Shown: positions 35,914 to 46,163, counted from the first letter of the stretch. The stretch is 64,000 nt of DNA from Candidatus Fervidifonticultor secundus (GCA_031459385.1 JAVKIP010000004.1:1-64000); one strand, 5' to 3'. The notes: a model not told the origin generated them from the letters alone. Program-made: numbers and translations.

Positions 35914-37287
35914 GTGGCGGGCGTGGACGCGGCTCTGGCGTACGCCCGCGAGCACCGCACGCGCTTCCTCAGCGAACTCGTGGATCTGCTGCGCATCCCC
36001 AGCGTCAGCACGGCGCCGCAGCATGTCGACGACGTGGCGCGGGCGGCGCACTGGCTGGCTGCCCACCTCGACGGGCTGGGGCTGCGCGCGCGCGTGGAGG
36101 CCGGCGGCCGGCATCCGCTGGTGCTCGCCGAATGGATGGGCGCGCCGGGTCGGCCGACGGTGCTGTGCTACGGGCACTTCGACGTGCAGCCGCCCGACCC
36201 GGTGGACCTCTGGCGGAGCCCGCCCTTCGACCCGGTGATCGACGGCGACGTCGTCTACGCCCGCGGGGCTTCCGACGACAAGGGCCAGCTCTTCATCCAC
36301 CTGAAGGCGCTGGAGGCCATCCTGCGCACGACCGGGAGGCTTCCGGTGAACCTGAAGGTCCTCCTGGAGGGTGAAGAGGAGATCGGCAGCCCCACGCTGG
36401 CGACGTACATACCGCGCCGGCGCCGGCGGCTGGCCTGCGATGCCGCGCTCGTCAGCGACGGGTCGCTGTTCGCGCCCGATCTCCCCACGCTGGTCACCGG
36501 CCTGCGAGGTCTGCTGTACACCGAGGTCGACGTGCAGGGCGCCCGGCGGGACCTCCACTCGGGCCAGTTCGGCGGCGCCGCACCCAACGCCCTGGGCGCC
36601 GCCGCCCAGATCGTCGCGGCCCTGAAGGACCGCCGCGGGCGCGTCCGCGTGCCGGGCTTCTACACCCGCGTGCGCGAGCCGTCTCCTGCCGAACGCGACG
36701 CCTGGGCCCGGTTGCCGTTCGACGAGGCGGCGTTTCTCGCGATGCTGGGCACCGACGCGGCGCCCGGTGAGGCGGGGGTGCCGGTGCTCGAGCGGCTGTG
36801 GACGCGGCCGACGCTCGATGTGCACGGCATCGCCGGCGGCTTCACGGGCGAGGGGATGAAGACCGTGATTCCCGCCCGCGCCGTCGCGAAGGTGTCCATG
36901 CGCCTGGTGCCCGACCAGGAGCCGGCGCGCATCTTCCGGCGGTTCGCGCGGTTCGTGCAGCGTCAGGCGCCGCCGGGTGTGCGGGTTGAGGTGCGCCACC
37001 TGGCGTCGACGCCGCCGGTCGTGACCTCGCCGGAAGCCGCGCCGGTCCGGGCTGCGGGAAGGGCCCTGGAGGAGACCTTCGGGCGACCGCCGGTCTACGT
37101 CCGCGAGGGCGGGAGTATCCCGGTCGTGGCCGCGTTCGTGCGGGCGCTGCGGGTCCCCGCGGTCCTGATGGGCTTCGGCCTCCCCGACGACAACCTCCAC
37201 GCGCCCAACGAGAAGTTCTCGCTGGCGAACTTCGGCCGGGGCATCGAGGCCACGATTCGTTTCTTCTACCACTATGGGAACGGGTGA
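35914..37287 (+). CDS. M20 family dipeptidase
   Basis: 'YGHFDVQP', 'ARGASDDKG', 'EGEEEIGS', 'DLHSG', 'GGSIP', 'HAPNE'. Confidence 0.92.
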   Translation: MAGVDAALAYAREHRTRFLSELVDLLRIPSVSTAPQHVDDVARAAHWLAAHLDGLGLRARVEAGGRHPLVLAEWMGAPGRPTVLCYGHFDVQPPDPVDLWRSPPFDPVIDGDVVYARGASDDKGQLFIHLKALEAILRTTGRLPVNLKVLLEGEEEIGSPTLATYIPRRRRRLACDAALVSDGSLFAPDLPTLVTGLRGLLYTEVDVQGARRDLHSGQFGGAAPNALGAAAQIVAALKDRRGRVRVPGFYTRVREPSPAERDAWARLPFDEAAFLAMLGTDAAPGEAGVPVLERLWTRPTLDVHGIAGGFTGEGMKTVIPARAVAKVSMRLVPDQEPARIFRRFARFVQRQAPPGVRVEVRHLASTPPVVTSPEAAPVRAAGRALEETFGRPPVYVREGGSIPVVAAFVRALRVPAVLMGFGLPDDNLHAPNEKFSLANFGRGIEATIRFFYHYGNG

Positions 37288-38560
37288 CCGCGCCCCGGCA
37301 CCGGGGAGCGGGGGCGTCGGGGCGCCCGCGCGGCCGCTGGCGATCGCCCTGGGCGTCATCGGCGTCGTGCTGCTGCTGCTGGCCGCGACCGGGCTTCCTG
37401 CCGTGCCCCGCACCAGCTGGATCGTCCTGGGGCTGGCGTCGGGAGTCGCGCCGCTGCTCGGCGTGATGCTGCCGTCGGGGATCCTGGTGACGCCGCTGGG
37501 CGGGGTTGCGCTCGGCGCGCTCTTCCTGTACGGCTGGCCGGCCGCGCTCCTGCTGCTCGTCCCCGGGATGGTCGTGCAGTACCTTCGCCGCAGGCGGCCG
37601 CCGATCCGGCTGGGCGCCGAGCTGGGCCAGCACGCGCTGGCGCTCGGAGGCGCCGGAGTCGTCACGCCCGCGGCGGGCCCCGACGGCCTGAGCGCGTGGA
37701 CCGTGGCGCTGGGCGGCGCGGTCTACACCGTGATCTGGGCGGCCGTCGAGATGGGGACCCGGCGGGCCACGGCGGAGGATCGCGCGGTCGTGCGGCCGCC
37801 CGTGGGCGCAGACGCGCTGCTCGCGCCTGCGGCCATGGTGCCTGGCGGGGTGGTCATAGCCGCCCTGGCGCTGGCGGCCGGTTCGGGAGCGGCGGGGGTC
37901 GCGTTGGGCAGCGTGCTCTGGCTGCTGGCGGGCGCCGCTGTCTGGGGCGCGGCGGCGGCACGGGCGGCGCAGCGCAGGATCGCCGACCTCACGCGCCGGC
38001 TGGACGACGCCATGGTGGCAGTGGAACGCCTGGCCGTGGCCGATCCGCTGACGGGCCTCTACAACCGCCGGCAGTTCCACCTGAGGCTGGAGGAAGAGTT
38101 CCGGCGGGAGGCGCGCGCCAACACGCCCTTCAGCGTGCTCCTGCTGGACGTCGTCGGCTTCCGGCAGATCAACGAGACGCACGGGCACCTGGTCGGCGAC
38201 GCGGTGTTGCAGCAGCTCGCCCGGCTGTTGGACGGCGCCGTGCGGCCGGGAGACCTGCTGTTCCGCACGGGTGGCGACGACTTCGCGGCGCTCCTGCCGC
38301 GCACCGATCGCCCGGCGGCCGAAGCCGCGCTGGCACGCCTCACGGCGCTGGCGGCCGCCACGCCCCTGCCCGCCGGCGCGCATCGCGTCCTCGTCCGCCT
38401 CCACGGCGGCGTGGCCACCGCGCCGGAGGCCGGCACCGACCCCGACGCCCTGATCGCGGCCGCCACGGCCGCGCTGGAGCGCGCGCGCGCGCGCTGCGGC
38501 GGGGCCAGCCGCCCGCAGCGAACGCTGCCTCGCCTGGACCCTGACCGGCCGACGCGGTGA
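37274..38560 (+). CDS. Membrane-bound GGDEF-domain protein
   Basis: Multi-TM N-terminus; 'DPLTGLYNRR', 'INETHGHLVGD', 'RPGD' I-site, 'GGDDF'. Confidence 0.88.
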   Translation: MGTGDRAPAPGSGGVGAPARPLAIALGVIGVVLLLLAATGLPAVPRTSWIVLGLASGVAPLLGVMLPSGILVTPLGGVALGALFLYGWPAALLLLVPGMVVQYLRRRRPPIRLGAELGQHALALGGAGVVTPAAGPDGLSAWTVALGGAVYTVIWAAVEMGTRRATAEDRAVVRPPVGADALLAPAAMVPGGVVIAALALAAGSGAAGVALGSVLWLLAGAAVWGAAAARAAQRRIADLTRRLDDAMVAVERLAVADPLTGLYNRRQFHLRLEEEFRREARANTPFSVLLLDVVGFRQINETHGHLVGDAVLQQLARLLDGAVRPGDLLFRTGGDDFAALLPRTDRPAAEAALARLTALAAATPLPAGAHRVLVRLHGGVATAPEAGTDPDALIAAATAALERARARCGGASRPQRTLPRLDPDRPTR

Positions 38561-38566
38561 AGGGCG

Positions 38567-39226
38567 GTGGAGTTCCTGGCACGCGCCCTCGATCTCCTCG
38601 TGCACCTGGATCGCCACCTGGGCACCCTGGTCCAGGCGTACGGCGTGTGGGCGTACCCGGTGCTGGCGCTGGTGATCTTCGCCGAGACGGGACTGGTGGT
38701 GACGCCGTTCCTGCCCGGCGACTCGCTGCTCTTTGCGGCCGGTGCGATCGCGGCGCGCGGCGGGCTCAACGTCTGGGGGCTGGCTGCGCTGCTGGCCGCC
38801 GCCGCCATCGTCGGCGATGCCGTGAACTACTGGGTGGGACGCGCCCTGGGGGTGCGTCTGGTCGCGCCCGGCCGGACGCGGTACATCCGCCAGGAGCACC
38901 TGGATCGCACGCACGCTTTCTACGAGCGCCACGGGGCCAGGACCATCGTGCTGGCGCGGTTCGTGCCCATCGTCCGCACCTTCGCGCCGTTCGTGGCCGG
39001 GCTGGGGCGCATGACCTACAGCCGGTTCACCGTCTACAACGTGACCGGCGCGGCGCTGTGGGTGGGGATCTTCGTACTGGGCGGCTACTGGTTCGGTAAT
39101 CTGCCGCTGGCGCAACGACACCTGACGCCGGTGCTCCTGGGCGTCATCGTGGTCTCGCTGCTGCCCGTCGGGCGCGAGGTGCTCCGCGCCTGGCGTGGGA
39201 AAGAAGTGAGCGCGGGCGACCGTTAA
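38567..39226 (+). CDS. dedA: DedA family membrane protein
   Basis: 'FAETGLVVTPFLPGDSLLF', 'ARFVPIVRTFAPF'. Confidence 0.93.
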   Translation: MEFLARALDLLVHLDRHLGTLVQAYGVWAYPVLALVIFAETGLVVTPFLPGDSLLFAAGAIAARGGLNVWGLAALLAAAAIVGDAVNYWVGRALGVRLVAPGRTRYIRQEHLDRTHAFYERHGARTIVLARFVPIVRTFAPFVAGLGRMTYSRFTVYNVTGAALWVGIFVLGGYWFGNLPLAQRHLTPVLLGVIVVSLLPVGREVLRAWRGKEVSAGDR

Positions 39227-39320
39227 AAATGAAGAAGAGGAGTAGCGGGACCGGGGCCCGCGTGCCGCACGCTGCTGCGGCGGGCAGGAGATGGGCCTGC
39301 GGACCTCGAGGGGGGATGAA

Positions 39321-40880
39321 ATGGTGCGCACCCTGCCGATAGCGGTACTGCTGATCGTCGTCGGTGCTGGCAGCTGGTCGGCCGGCGCAGCCCCTGCCGT
39401 GAGCCCGCAGCGGGGCGGGATCCTGATCGTGGGGCAGGGGACCGATGCCACGACGCTGGACGGGCACCTCTACACCGACGCGCCCACGGCGACCATCATG
39501 GAGCACATGGTGGAGACCCTGTTCGAGCTGACCCCCGAGGGCAAGGTGCAGCCGCGCCTGGCCACAGCCTTCCAGGTGTCCCCGGACGGGCGGACGTTCA
39601 CCATCCGCCTGCGGCCGGGCGTACGGTTCCACGACGGCACCGCGCTCGACGCCGAGGCCGTGAAGTTCAACCTCGACCGCATCCTCGATCCGGCGACGCG
39701 CGCGCCCTGGCGTTTCCTCATCAGCCGCGTCCAGCGGGTGGAGGCCGTCGACCCTACGACGGTGCGCCTGACGACCGACGCGCCGTTTGCGCCGCTGCTG
39801 GCGCACCTGACCCACAGCGGCACCGGCATTCAGAGCCCCGCGGCGATCCGACGCCTGGGCGCCGACTACGCGCGCCAGCCGGTCGGCACCGGGCCGTTCC
39901 GGTTCCGGGAATGGGTGCGCGGTGACCGCGTGGTCGTCGTCCGCAACGACGACTACTGGGGCGAGCGGGCGCTGCTGGACGAGGTGCAGTTCCGCGTCAT
40001 CCCCGACGACGGCGCGCGCCTGGCCGCGCTGGAGGCCGGGTCGCTGCACGTGGCGGTGCGCGTGCCGCCCCGCGAGATCGAGCGGCTGCGGGGCAGCCGT
40101 GACGTCCGCGTCTCCATCGACACGAGCCTGCGGACGATCTACGTGGCGTTCAACGTCTCGCGACCACCGTTCAACGACCGGCGGACGCGCCTGGCGCTGA
40201 ACTACGCTGTCAACAAGGACGCCATCGTCAGGTCGGCGCTGGCCGGCACAGCCCGGGTCTCCGACGCGCCCATCGCGCCCAATGTGCAGGGCTACTCCAA
40301 GATCATGAGCTACCCGTGGGACCTGGAGCGGGCCGAGACGCTGCTGCGCGAAGCGGGCTACAGCCGCGAGCGCCCGCTGCGCGCCGTCTTCCACCACCCG
40401 ACGGGGCGGTACATCCGCGATGCTGAGATCGCGGCCAGCATCCAGGGCTTGGCGCGGCGGGCGGGCATCGAGCTCGAGCTGCGGACGCTCGAGTTCGGCG
40501 CGTACATCGCACTCACCGCCCGGCCGCGCGAGCAGAACGACATCCAGATGTACATGCTGGGCTGGGGCACCGTGACCGGCGACGCGGACTACGGGCTTTA
40601 CGCGTTGTTCCACACGTCCCAGTTTCCGCCCGTGGGCTTCAACCGCGGCTTCTACAGCAACCCACGCGTCGATGCGCTGCTCGATCGCGGCCGGACCACG
40701 GTGGACCAGGGCGAGCGCAACAAGATCTACGCTGAGGCCATGAAGCTCATCATGGAGGACGCCGCGTGGATCTTCCTGCACAGCGAGTCCCAAGTGACAG
40801 GCCTGCGAGCCGCCGTGCAAGACCTGGTGATCCATCCAGCCGAGCGCGTCATCGCCACCAGGGCGTGGCTGCGCCGGTAG
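39321..40880 (+). CDS. Peptide/glutathione ABC substrate-binding protein (family 5)
   Basis: Signal peptide; 'LRPGVRFHDG', 'PVGTGPF', 'NDDYWG'. Confidence 0.9.
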   Translation: MVRTLPIAVLLIVVGAGSWSAGAAPAVSPQRGGILIVGQGTDATTLDGHLYTDAPTATIMEHMVETLFELTPEGKVQPRLATAFQVSPDGRTFTIRLRPGVRFHDGTALDAEAVKFNLDRILDPATRAPWRFLISRVQRVEAVDPTTVRLTTDAPFAPLLAHLTHSGTGIQSPAAIRRLGADYARQPVGTGPFRFREWVRGDRVVVVRNDDYWGERALLDEVQFRVIPDDGARLAALEAGSLHVAVRVPPREIERLRGSRDVRVSIDTSLRTIYVAFNVSRPPFNDRRTRLALNYAVNKDAIVRSALAGTARVSDAPIAPNVQGYSKIMSYPWDLERAETLLREAGYSRERPLRAVFHHPTGRYIRDAEIAASIQGLARRAGIELELRTLEFGAYIALTARPREQNDIQMYMLGWGTVTGDADYGLYALFHTSQFPPVGFNRGFYSNPRVDALLDRGRTTVDQGERNKIYAEAMKLIMEDAAWIFLHSESQVTGLRAAVQDLVIHPAERVIATRAWLRR

Positions 40881-40900
40881 GGGGACCGCAGAGGTAGAGG

Positions 40901-40938
40901 CGCCGGGGGAGGGGGCCACCAGGCTCGCCCCCCCGGCG
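40901..40938 (+). terminator. Intercistronic stem-loop after the SBP gene
   Basis: CGCCGGGGG...CCCCCGGCG. Confidence 0.5.
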
Positions 40939-40947
40939 TGCGATGCC

Positions 40948-41868
40948 GTGTGGCGTTACATCGTCAAGCGGCTGCTCCTGGCCTTCCCGGTCGTCTTCGG
41001 TGTGGCGTTCGTCGTCTTCGCGATGGTGCGGGTCCTTCCGGGGGACCCGGCGCAGATCATCGCCGGCGAGGCCGCGACCCGGGAGTTCGTCGAAGCTGTC
41101 CGGCGAGACCTCGGGCTCGACCGGCCGCTCCTCGTGCAGTTCGCCACGTTCACCGCCAGCTTGCTGCGGGGCGATTTGGGCCGCTCGGTGCGCTCGCGGG
41201 CACCGGTGACCGACGAGCTCTGGGCTCGCATCCCGAACACCGTGACCCTGACGGTGGCCGGGCTGGCGGTCGCCGTGACCGTGGGCGTCTCTGCGGGGAT
41301 TCTCTCTGCGGTGCGCCCCTACTCGCTGATCGACACCCTGGTCATGGTCGCGGCGCTCATCGGGCTGTCGATGCCCGTGTTCTGGTCGGGGCTGATGATG
41401 ATCCTGGTGTTCGCCGTCTGGCTGGGCTGGCTGCCGGCGGTGGGCACCGGGACGCCGCTGCACCTCGTGCTCCCCGCCGTCACCCTGGGGCTGGCGACGG
41501 CGGCCATCATCGCCCGCATGACACGCTCGAGCATGTTGGAGGTGCTCCGCTCTGACTACGTGCGGACGGCCCGCGCCAAAGGTTTGGCCGAACGGGTCGT
41601 CGTCAACCGGCACGCGTTTCGCAATGCGCTCATCCCCGTCATCACCGTCGTCGGCTTGCAGATGGGTGGGCTGCTGTCCGGCGCGGTCCTGACCGAGAGC
41701 GTGTTTGCCTGGCCGGGGATCGGCCGGCTGCTGGTGGAGGGCATTCTAGCCCGCGACTACCCGGTGGTCCAGGGGGCGGTGCTGCTGGTGGCACTGGCGT
41801 TCGTCCTGGTCAACCTGCTGGTCGACCTGCTGTACGCCGTCGTCGACCCGCGCATTCACTATGGCTGA
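40948..41868 (+). CDS. Peptide ABC permease (DppB-like)
   Basis: 'PGDPA', 'GDLGRS', 'DYVRTARAKGL', 'DPRI'. Confidence 0.92.
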   Translation: MWRYIVKRLLLAFPVVFGVAFVVFAMVRVLPGDPAQIIAGEAATREFVEAVRRDLGLDRPLLVQFATFTASLLRGDLGRSVRSRAPVTDELWARIPNTVTLTVAGLAVAVTVGVSAGILSAVRPYSLIDTLVMVAALIGLSMPVFWSGLMMILVFAVWLGWLPAVGTGTPLHLVLPAVTLGLATAAIIARMTRSSMLEVLRSDYVRTARAKGLAERVVVNRHAFRNALIPVITVVGLQMGGLLSGAVLTESVFAWPGIGRLLVEGILARDYPVVQGAVLLVALAFVLVNLLVDLLYAVVDPRIHYG

Positions 41869-42787
41869 GCCCCGGCTTGCGCCGGTGCCGGCGGCGCGCA
41901 CGCGCCGTCCGGCACCGGGCCGGTCGCCCGCGGACCCCCGCGGCGCGCGCCCGCGGGCCCGGACGCTCTGGCGCCAGTTTGGACGCCACCGGGCCGGGCT
42001 CGTGGGCCTGGCGACGCTGACGGCGTTCCTGATCGCCGGGCTGTTCGCGCCCTGGCTGGCGCCCCGCGATCCCTACGAGATCGCGCTGGAGGCGAGCCTA
42101 CGCGGGCCCGACCGCGACTTCTGGCTCGGCCGCGACGAGCTGGGACGTGACCTCCTGAGCCGGGTGATCTACGGTGCCCGGCTGTCGCTGGTGATCGGGG
42201 TCATCGCCGTGGCGATCGGCGTCGGCTTCGGCGTGCCCATCGGCGCGATCTCGGGCTACTTCGGGGGCTGGCTGGATCTGCTGGTCCAGCGCGCCATCGA
42301 CGTGCTGCTGGCGTTTCCCGGCATTCTGCTGGCCATTGTGCTCGTGGCGATCCTGGGTGTGGGGCTCCCTCAGGTCATGGTGGCCGTTGGCATCGTGTCG
42401 ATCCCGGTGTACGCGCGCCTGGTGCGCGGCCAGGTGTTGACCATGCGGAGCCAGGAGTTCGTGGACGCGGCGCGGGCCCTGGGGGCTCCGACCGGGCGCA
42501 TCCTCTGGCGGCACATTCTGCCCAACACCGTGGCGGTTATCATCGTGCAGTCGACACTGCAGTTCGCCTCGGCGATCCTGTCGGCCGCGGCGCTGGGCTT
42601 TCTCGGGCTGGGGGCACAACCGCCTGCAGCGGAGTGGGGCACGATGCTCTCCAGCGCGCGGCAGTACATCAGGCTAGCGCCGCACAGCGTGACCTTCCCG
42701 GGCCTGGCCATCATGCTGACGGTGCTGGGGTTCAACCTGGTGGGTGACGCGGTCCGGGACGCCCTGGATCCCCGGCTCCGCCTCTGA
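41861..42787 (+). CDS. Peptide ABC permease (DppC-like)
   Basis: 'LG.DELGRD', 'EFVDAARALGA', 'HILPN', 'GDAVRDALDP'. Confidence 0.92.
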   Translation: MAEPRLAPVPAARTRRPAPGRSPADPRGARPRARTLWRQFGRHRAGLVGLATLTAFLIAGLFAPWLAPRDPYEIALEASLRGPDRDFWLGRDELGRDLLSRVIYGARLSLVIGVIAVAIGVGFGVPIGAISGYFGGWLDLLVQRAIDVLLAFPGILLAIVLVAILGVGLPQVMVAVGIVSIPVYARLVRGQVLTMRSQEFVDAARALGAPTGRILWRHILPNTVAVIIVQSTLQFASAILSAAALGFLGLGAQPPAAEWGTMLSSARQYIRLAPHSVTFPGLAIMLTVLGFNLVGDAVRDALDPRLRL

Positions 42788-42891
42788 GAGCACCGGCGCA
42801 GCCGCGGGCACGCAGGCGCGCTGCCCGCGGCTGCGTGAGTGAGGGAGGGAAAAGGACGCGCGCGCAACGAAGGAGGCTGCGGCGCCGCGCG

Positions 42892-42920
42892 TTGACACGT
42901 TGTGCAGCGGATCGTAGGAT
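42892..42920 (+). promoter_or_regulatory. Sigma70-type promoter of speD
   Basis: TTGACA-17 nt-TAGGAT. Confidence 0.75.
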
Positions 42921-42965
42921 TAGGGCTTGTTCCGTCGATGGCGCGCGGGAACGAGGAGGTGGGAG

Positions 42966-43436
42966 ATGGAGCCGGTCGGGCACCACTACGTCGCCGAAGC
43001 CTCGGGCTGCAACCCCGAGATCATCGGACGGGTCGAAGCGGTCGAGCAGATCCTGGTCCGTGCCGCCGAAGTGGCAGGGGTGACCGTCTGGTCGATCTCG
43101 TTCCACCGCTTTCCTCCCAACGGCGTCTCCGGCGTGGTCGTCATCTCCGAGTCCCACCTGTCGGTGCACACTTGGCCAGAGTACGGCTATGTGGCCCTCG
43201 ACATCTTCACCTGCGGCAACGACGCCAAGCCTGAGGCAGCCGTGGAGTACGCGCTGAAGGAGTTCGGCGCCGCCAAGATGCACATCACCGAGATCACCCG
43301 CGGCCTGGAAGAGGGCGATCGCGTCTTCTTCCACAGCATCGTCACCTGGGAAGAGACCCTCCCGACCCGCGACGGCCGCCGGGCCAGGGCGCCCAAGGTC
43401 GTCCGGGCGCCGCGACGCGCGGCGCGCAGCCGCTGA
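42966..43436 (+). CDS. speD: S-adenosylmethionine decarboxylase proenzyme (class 1B)
   Basis: 'GVSGVVVISESHLSVHTWPEYGYVALDIFTCG'. Confidence 0.93.
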   Translation: MEPVGHHYVAEASGCNPEIIGRVEAVEQILVRAAEVAGVTVWSISFHRFPPNGVSGVVVISESHLSVHTWPEYGYVALDIFTCGNDAKPEAAVEYALKEFGAAKMHITEITRGLEEGDRVFFHSIVTWEETLPTRDGRRARAPKVVRAPRRAARSR

Positions 43437-43441
43437 ACCGC

Positions 43442-44386
43442 GTGCCGCGCACCCTTGCGGCCGCGGCCGTCGCGCTGCTGGTCGGCGGGGCCGCGGCGGC
43501 GGCCCCGCCGGGTACCGGGCGCTGGGAGGTGCGCGCGCCGATGCTCAGCGAGCGCACCGAGGTCGCCGGCGCCGCCCTGGGTGGCCGCATCTACGTCGTC
43601 GGTGGCTTCGTGCCCGAGGGCGTCACCGGCTCGCTGGAAGAGTACGACGTCGCCACCGATACCTGGCGACGCCGCGCGCCCCTGCCCCTGCCCGTGCACC
43701 ACGCGGCGATGGTGGCCACCGGCGGCCGGCTCTTCGTCCTCGGCGGGTTCACCGGCGGCTGGGTCCCGCTGGACGCCGTCTGGGAGTACGATCCGGCCGC
43801 CGACCGCTGGACCGCGCGGGCCCCCATGGCCGTGGCCCGCGGCGGCCTGGCTGCGGCGGTGGCCGGCGGCCGCATCTACGCCATCTCCGGCACCGGGCCG
43901 GACCGCGTGGACAGCCCGACCACCGAGGAGTTCGATCCTGCGACCAACACCTGGCGGCGCCGTGCGCCGGTGCCGACCGCCCGCAACCATCACGCCGCCG
44001 CCGTGGTCGGAGGCAGGGTCTATGTCTTCGCGGGACGCATCGGGGGCCGCAATCTGGCCGTGACCGAGATCTACGATCCGGCGTCCGATGCGTGGGCGGC
44101 CGGCGCGCCGGTGCCCACGGCCCGCAGCGGCATCGCCGCCGCTGCGGCGGGCGAGCGCATCTACGTCTTCGGCGGCGAACTCGGGCGGCCGGGCACGTAC
44201 GGCGAGAACGAGATGTACGATCCCGCGGCGAACACCTGGAGCGCACGGGCGCCGCTGCCTACACCGCGACACGGGCTGGCCGCCGTCACGGTCGGGGAGC
44301 GCATCTACGTCGTCGCCGGTGGACCCCGGCCAGGCCTCGCCTACAGCGGCGTCACCGAGGTCTTCATCCCGGAGGAGCGGCGGTAA
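43442..44386 (+). CDS. Exported Kelch-repeat protein
   Basis: Six 'IYV.GG...YDP....W...AP.P..R' repeats, signal peptide. Confidence 0.9.
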   Translation: MPRTLAAAAVALLVGGAAAAAPPGTGRWEVRAPMLSERTEVAGAALGGRIYVVGGFVPEGVTGSLEEYDVATDTWRRRAPLPLPVHHAAMVATGGRLFVLGGFTGGWVPLDAVWEYDPAADRWTARAPMAVARGGLAAAVAGGRIYAISGTGPDRVDSPTTEEFDPATNTWRRRAPVPTARNHHAAAVVGGRVYVFAGRIGGRNLAVTEIYDPASDAWAAGAPVPTARSGIAAAAAGERIYVFGGELGRPGTYGENEMYDPAANTWSARAPLPTPRHGLAAVTVGERIYVVAGGPRPGLAYSGVTEVFIPEERR

Positions 44387-44394
44387 CCCCCGGC

Positions 44395-45645
44395 ATGGGC
44401 GACACCGTGGCCCATGTCCCACGTCCGACCTCGCGGGTCCGGCCGCCCCGGCCGCGGCCGGTGGCCTGGGGCCGGCTGTGGACCATGGCGTTCGCCCACT
44501 TCACGGGCGACCTCTACGCCGCGTTCCTGGCGCCGCTGCTGCCGCTGGTGGTGACCAAGTTCGGGCTGTCGCTGGCGCTGGCGGGCCTGATGGGGACCGC
44601 GTTCAACGCCACCGCCGCGCTCTCCCAACCGCTGTTCGGGCTGGCCGCCGACCGGCTGACCCGGCCCGTCTTCACCGTCGTCGGGCCGACCATCACCGTG
44701 CTCGGCATGGGCCTGGTGGGCCTGGCGCCGTCCTACGCGCTGATGCTGGGCATCCTGGTCCTCACCGGTCTGGGGGTGGCGGCGTTCCACCCCCAGGCGT
44801 TCGCGCTGGCGGGCCAGCTCGGCGGCAGCCAGCGCGGGACTGCGCTGTCGGTCTTCGTGGCCGGCGGCGAACTCGGGTATGCACTCGGGCCGCTGTTCGT
44901 CGCGCCCATCGTGGGCAGCCTGGGACTCCAGGGCACCGTCGCCGCGGCGCTGCCGGGGCTCGGGGCCTGCGGGGCGCTGTGGGTCCTCACGCGCAACTGG
45001 CGCGGGACGCCGCCAGCACCGCCCGACCGCCTGGCCCGCGACCTGCGCCGGCACGGCCGGCTGCTGGCCCTCGTGTGGCTGATCGTCGTGATCCGCAGCG
45101 TCATCATCCTCTCGTTCATCCTCTTCCTGCCGCTGCTGCTGCGCCAGCGCGGGCAGTCGCTGCTGCTGGGCGCAACGGCGGTCTTCCTGTTCGGGGGCAT
45201 CGGCGCGCTGGGCGGGCTGCTGGGCGGCGCGCTGTCCGACCGGCTCGGACGCCGCGCGGTCCTGGCGATCTCGTTCCTGGTGGGCACCCCGCTGCTGCTC
45301 CTGTTCACCGCTACCGCCAGCCCGTGGGGCCTGCTGCCCCTGGCGCTGGGCGGCATGAGCCTGTATCTCTCGGCACCGGTCAACGTGGCCATCGCACAGG
45401 AGGTCCTGCCCAGACGCGCCAGCCTGGCGAGCGCCATGGTCACCGGCATGGCCTGGGGCATGGCCGGGATCTCGCTGACCCTGGTGGGCGCCGTCGCCGA
45501 CCGCATCGGCCTGGCGCAGACGTTGAGCCTGCTGGTAGGGCTCTCGGCTGTGGGGCTGGTGGCCATCTGGGCGCTGCCCACCCGCCGGCGAGGCGGCGAG
45601 GAGCCCGGGGAGGGCGGGCCTGCCGGCGCGCCTACCCTTCGCTGA
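44395..45645 (+). CDS. MFS transporter (Fsr-like)
   Basis: 'AHF..D', 'QPLFG..ADR', 'AAFHP', 'GGALSDRLGRR'; start uncertain. Confidence 0.87.
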   Translation: MGDTVAHVPRPTSRVRPPRPRPVAWGRLWTMAFAHFTGDLYAAFLAPLLPLVVTKFGLSLALAGLMGTAFNATAALSQPLFGLAADRLTRPVFTVVGPTITVLGMGLVGLAPSYALMLGILVLTGLGVAAFHPQAFALAGQLGGSQRGTALSVFVAGGELGYALGPLFVAPIVGSLGLQGTVAAALPGLGACGALWVLTRNWRGTPPAPPDRLARDLRRHGRLLALVWLIVVIRSVIILSFILFLPLLLRQRGQSLLLGATAVFLFGGIGALGGLLGGALSDRLGRRAVLAISFLVGTPLLLLFTATASPWGLLPLALGGMSLYLSAPVNVAIAQEVLPRRASLASAMVTGMAWGMAGISLTLVGAVADRIGLAQTLSLLVGLSAVGLVAIWALPTRRRGGEEPGEGGPAGAPTLR

Positions 45646-45874
45646 CCGGGGTCACCACGCAGGTGGTCGTGCGCGTCACGCCCGACGTCTCCTGAAACCT
45701 GGAGACGATCAGCCGGCCCAGGGTGTCCATGCTCTCGGTCTCGACGAAGGCGATGATGTCCGTCGGGCCGGTGACGGCGTGGGCCATCTTCACCCCCGGC
45801 GTCTTCTGGATCTGCGCCAGGGCCTCCGCCAGCTTGCCGGGCAGAATGCGGATCAACACGTAGGCCTGCACCAT
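45632..45874 (-). CDS. Stand-alone Lrp/AsnC ligand-binding domain protein
   Basis: 'AYVLI', 'VTGPTDII', 'GV.RT.T'; GGAG RBS. Confidence 0.85.
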   Translation of the reverse strand: MVQAYVLIRILPGKLAEALAQIQKTPGVKMAHAVTGPTDIIAFVETESMDTLGRLIVSRFQETSGVTRTTTCVVTPVSEG

Positions 45875-45896
45875 CGGACTCCCTCCGCGAGCGCGT

Positions 45897-46163
45897 TCAC
45901 AGCAGGCTGAAGAGCACCTCCCTGAGCAGCACGACCAGCAGCTGCAGCAGCAGAATGGCCACGATGGGCGAGAGATCCAGGCCGGCGACCGGCGGCAGCA
46001 AGCGGCGCACCGGGTCGAGCACAGGGCTGGTGAAGCGCCACACGGCGTACGTCACCGACGGGAAGCGATGGGCCAGGTCCGGCACCCACGAGAGCACCAC
46101 CCGCGCCAGGATCAGCAGCAGGAACACCCGGAAGCCGAGATCGAGCAGGTCGACCGCGAGCAT
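45897..46163 (-). CDS. yggT: YggT family membrane protein
   Basis: 'ARVVLSW', 'T.PVL.PVRRLLPP..GLDLSPI'. Confidence 0.9.
   Translation of the reverse strand: MLAVDLLDLGFRVFLLLILARVVLSWVPDLAHRFPSVTYAVWRFTSPVLDPVRRLLPPVAGLDLSPIVAILLLQLLVVLLREVLFSLL

Noticed and set aside
43442..44386. DNA repeat array or CRISPR-like periodicity
   Set aside because: The periodicity is explained by Kelch protein repeats; no identical repeats with spacers or cas genes were seen in the window
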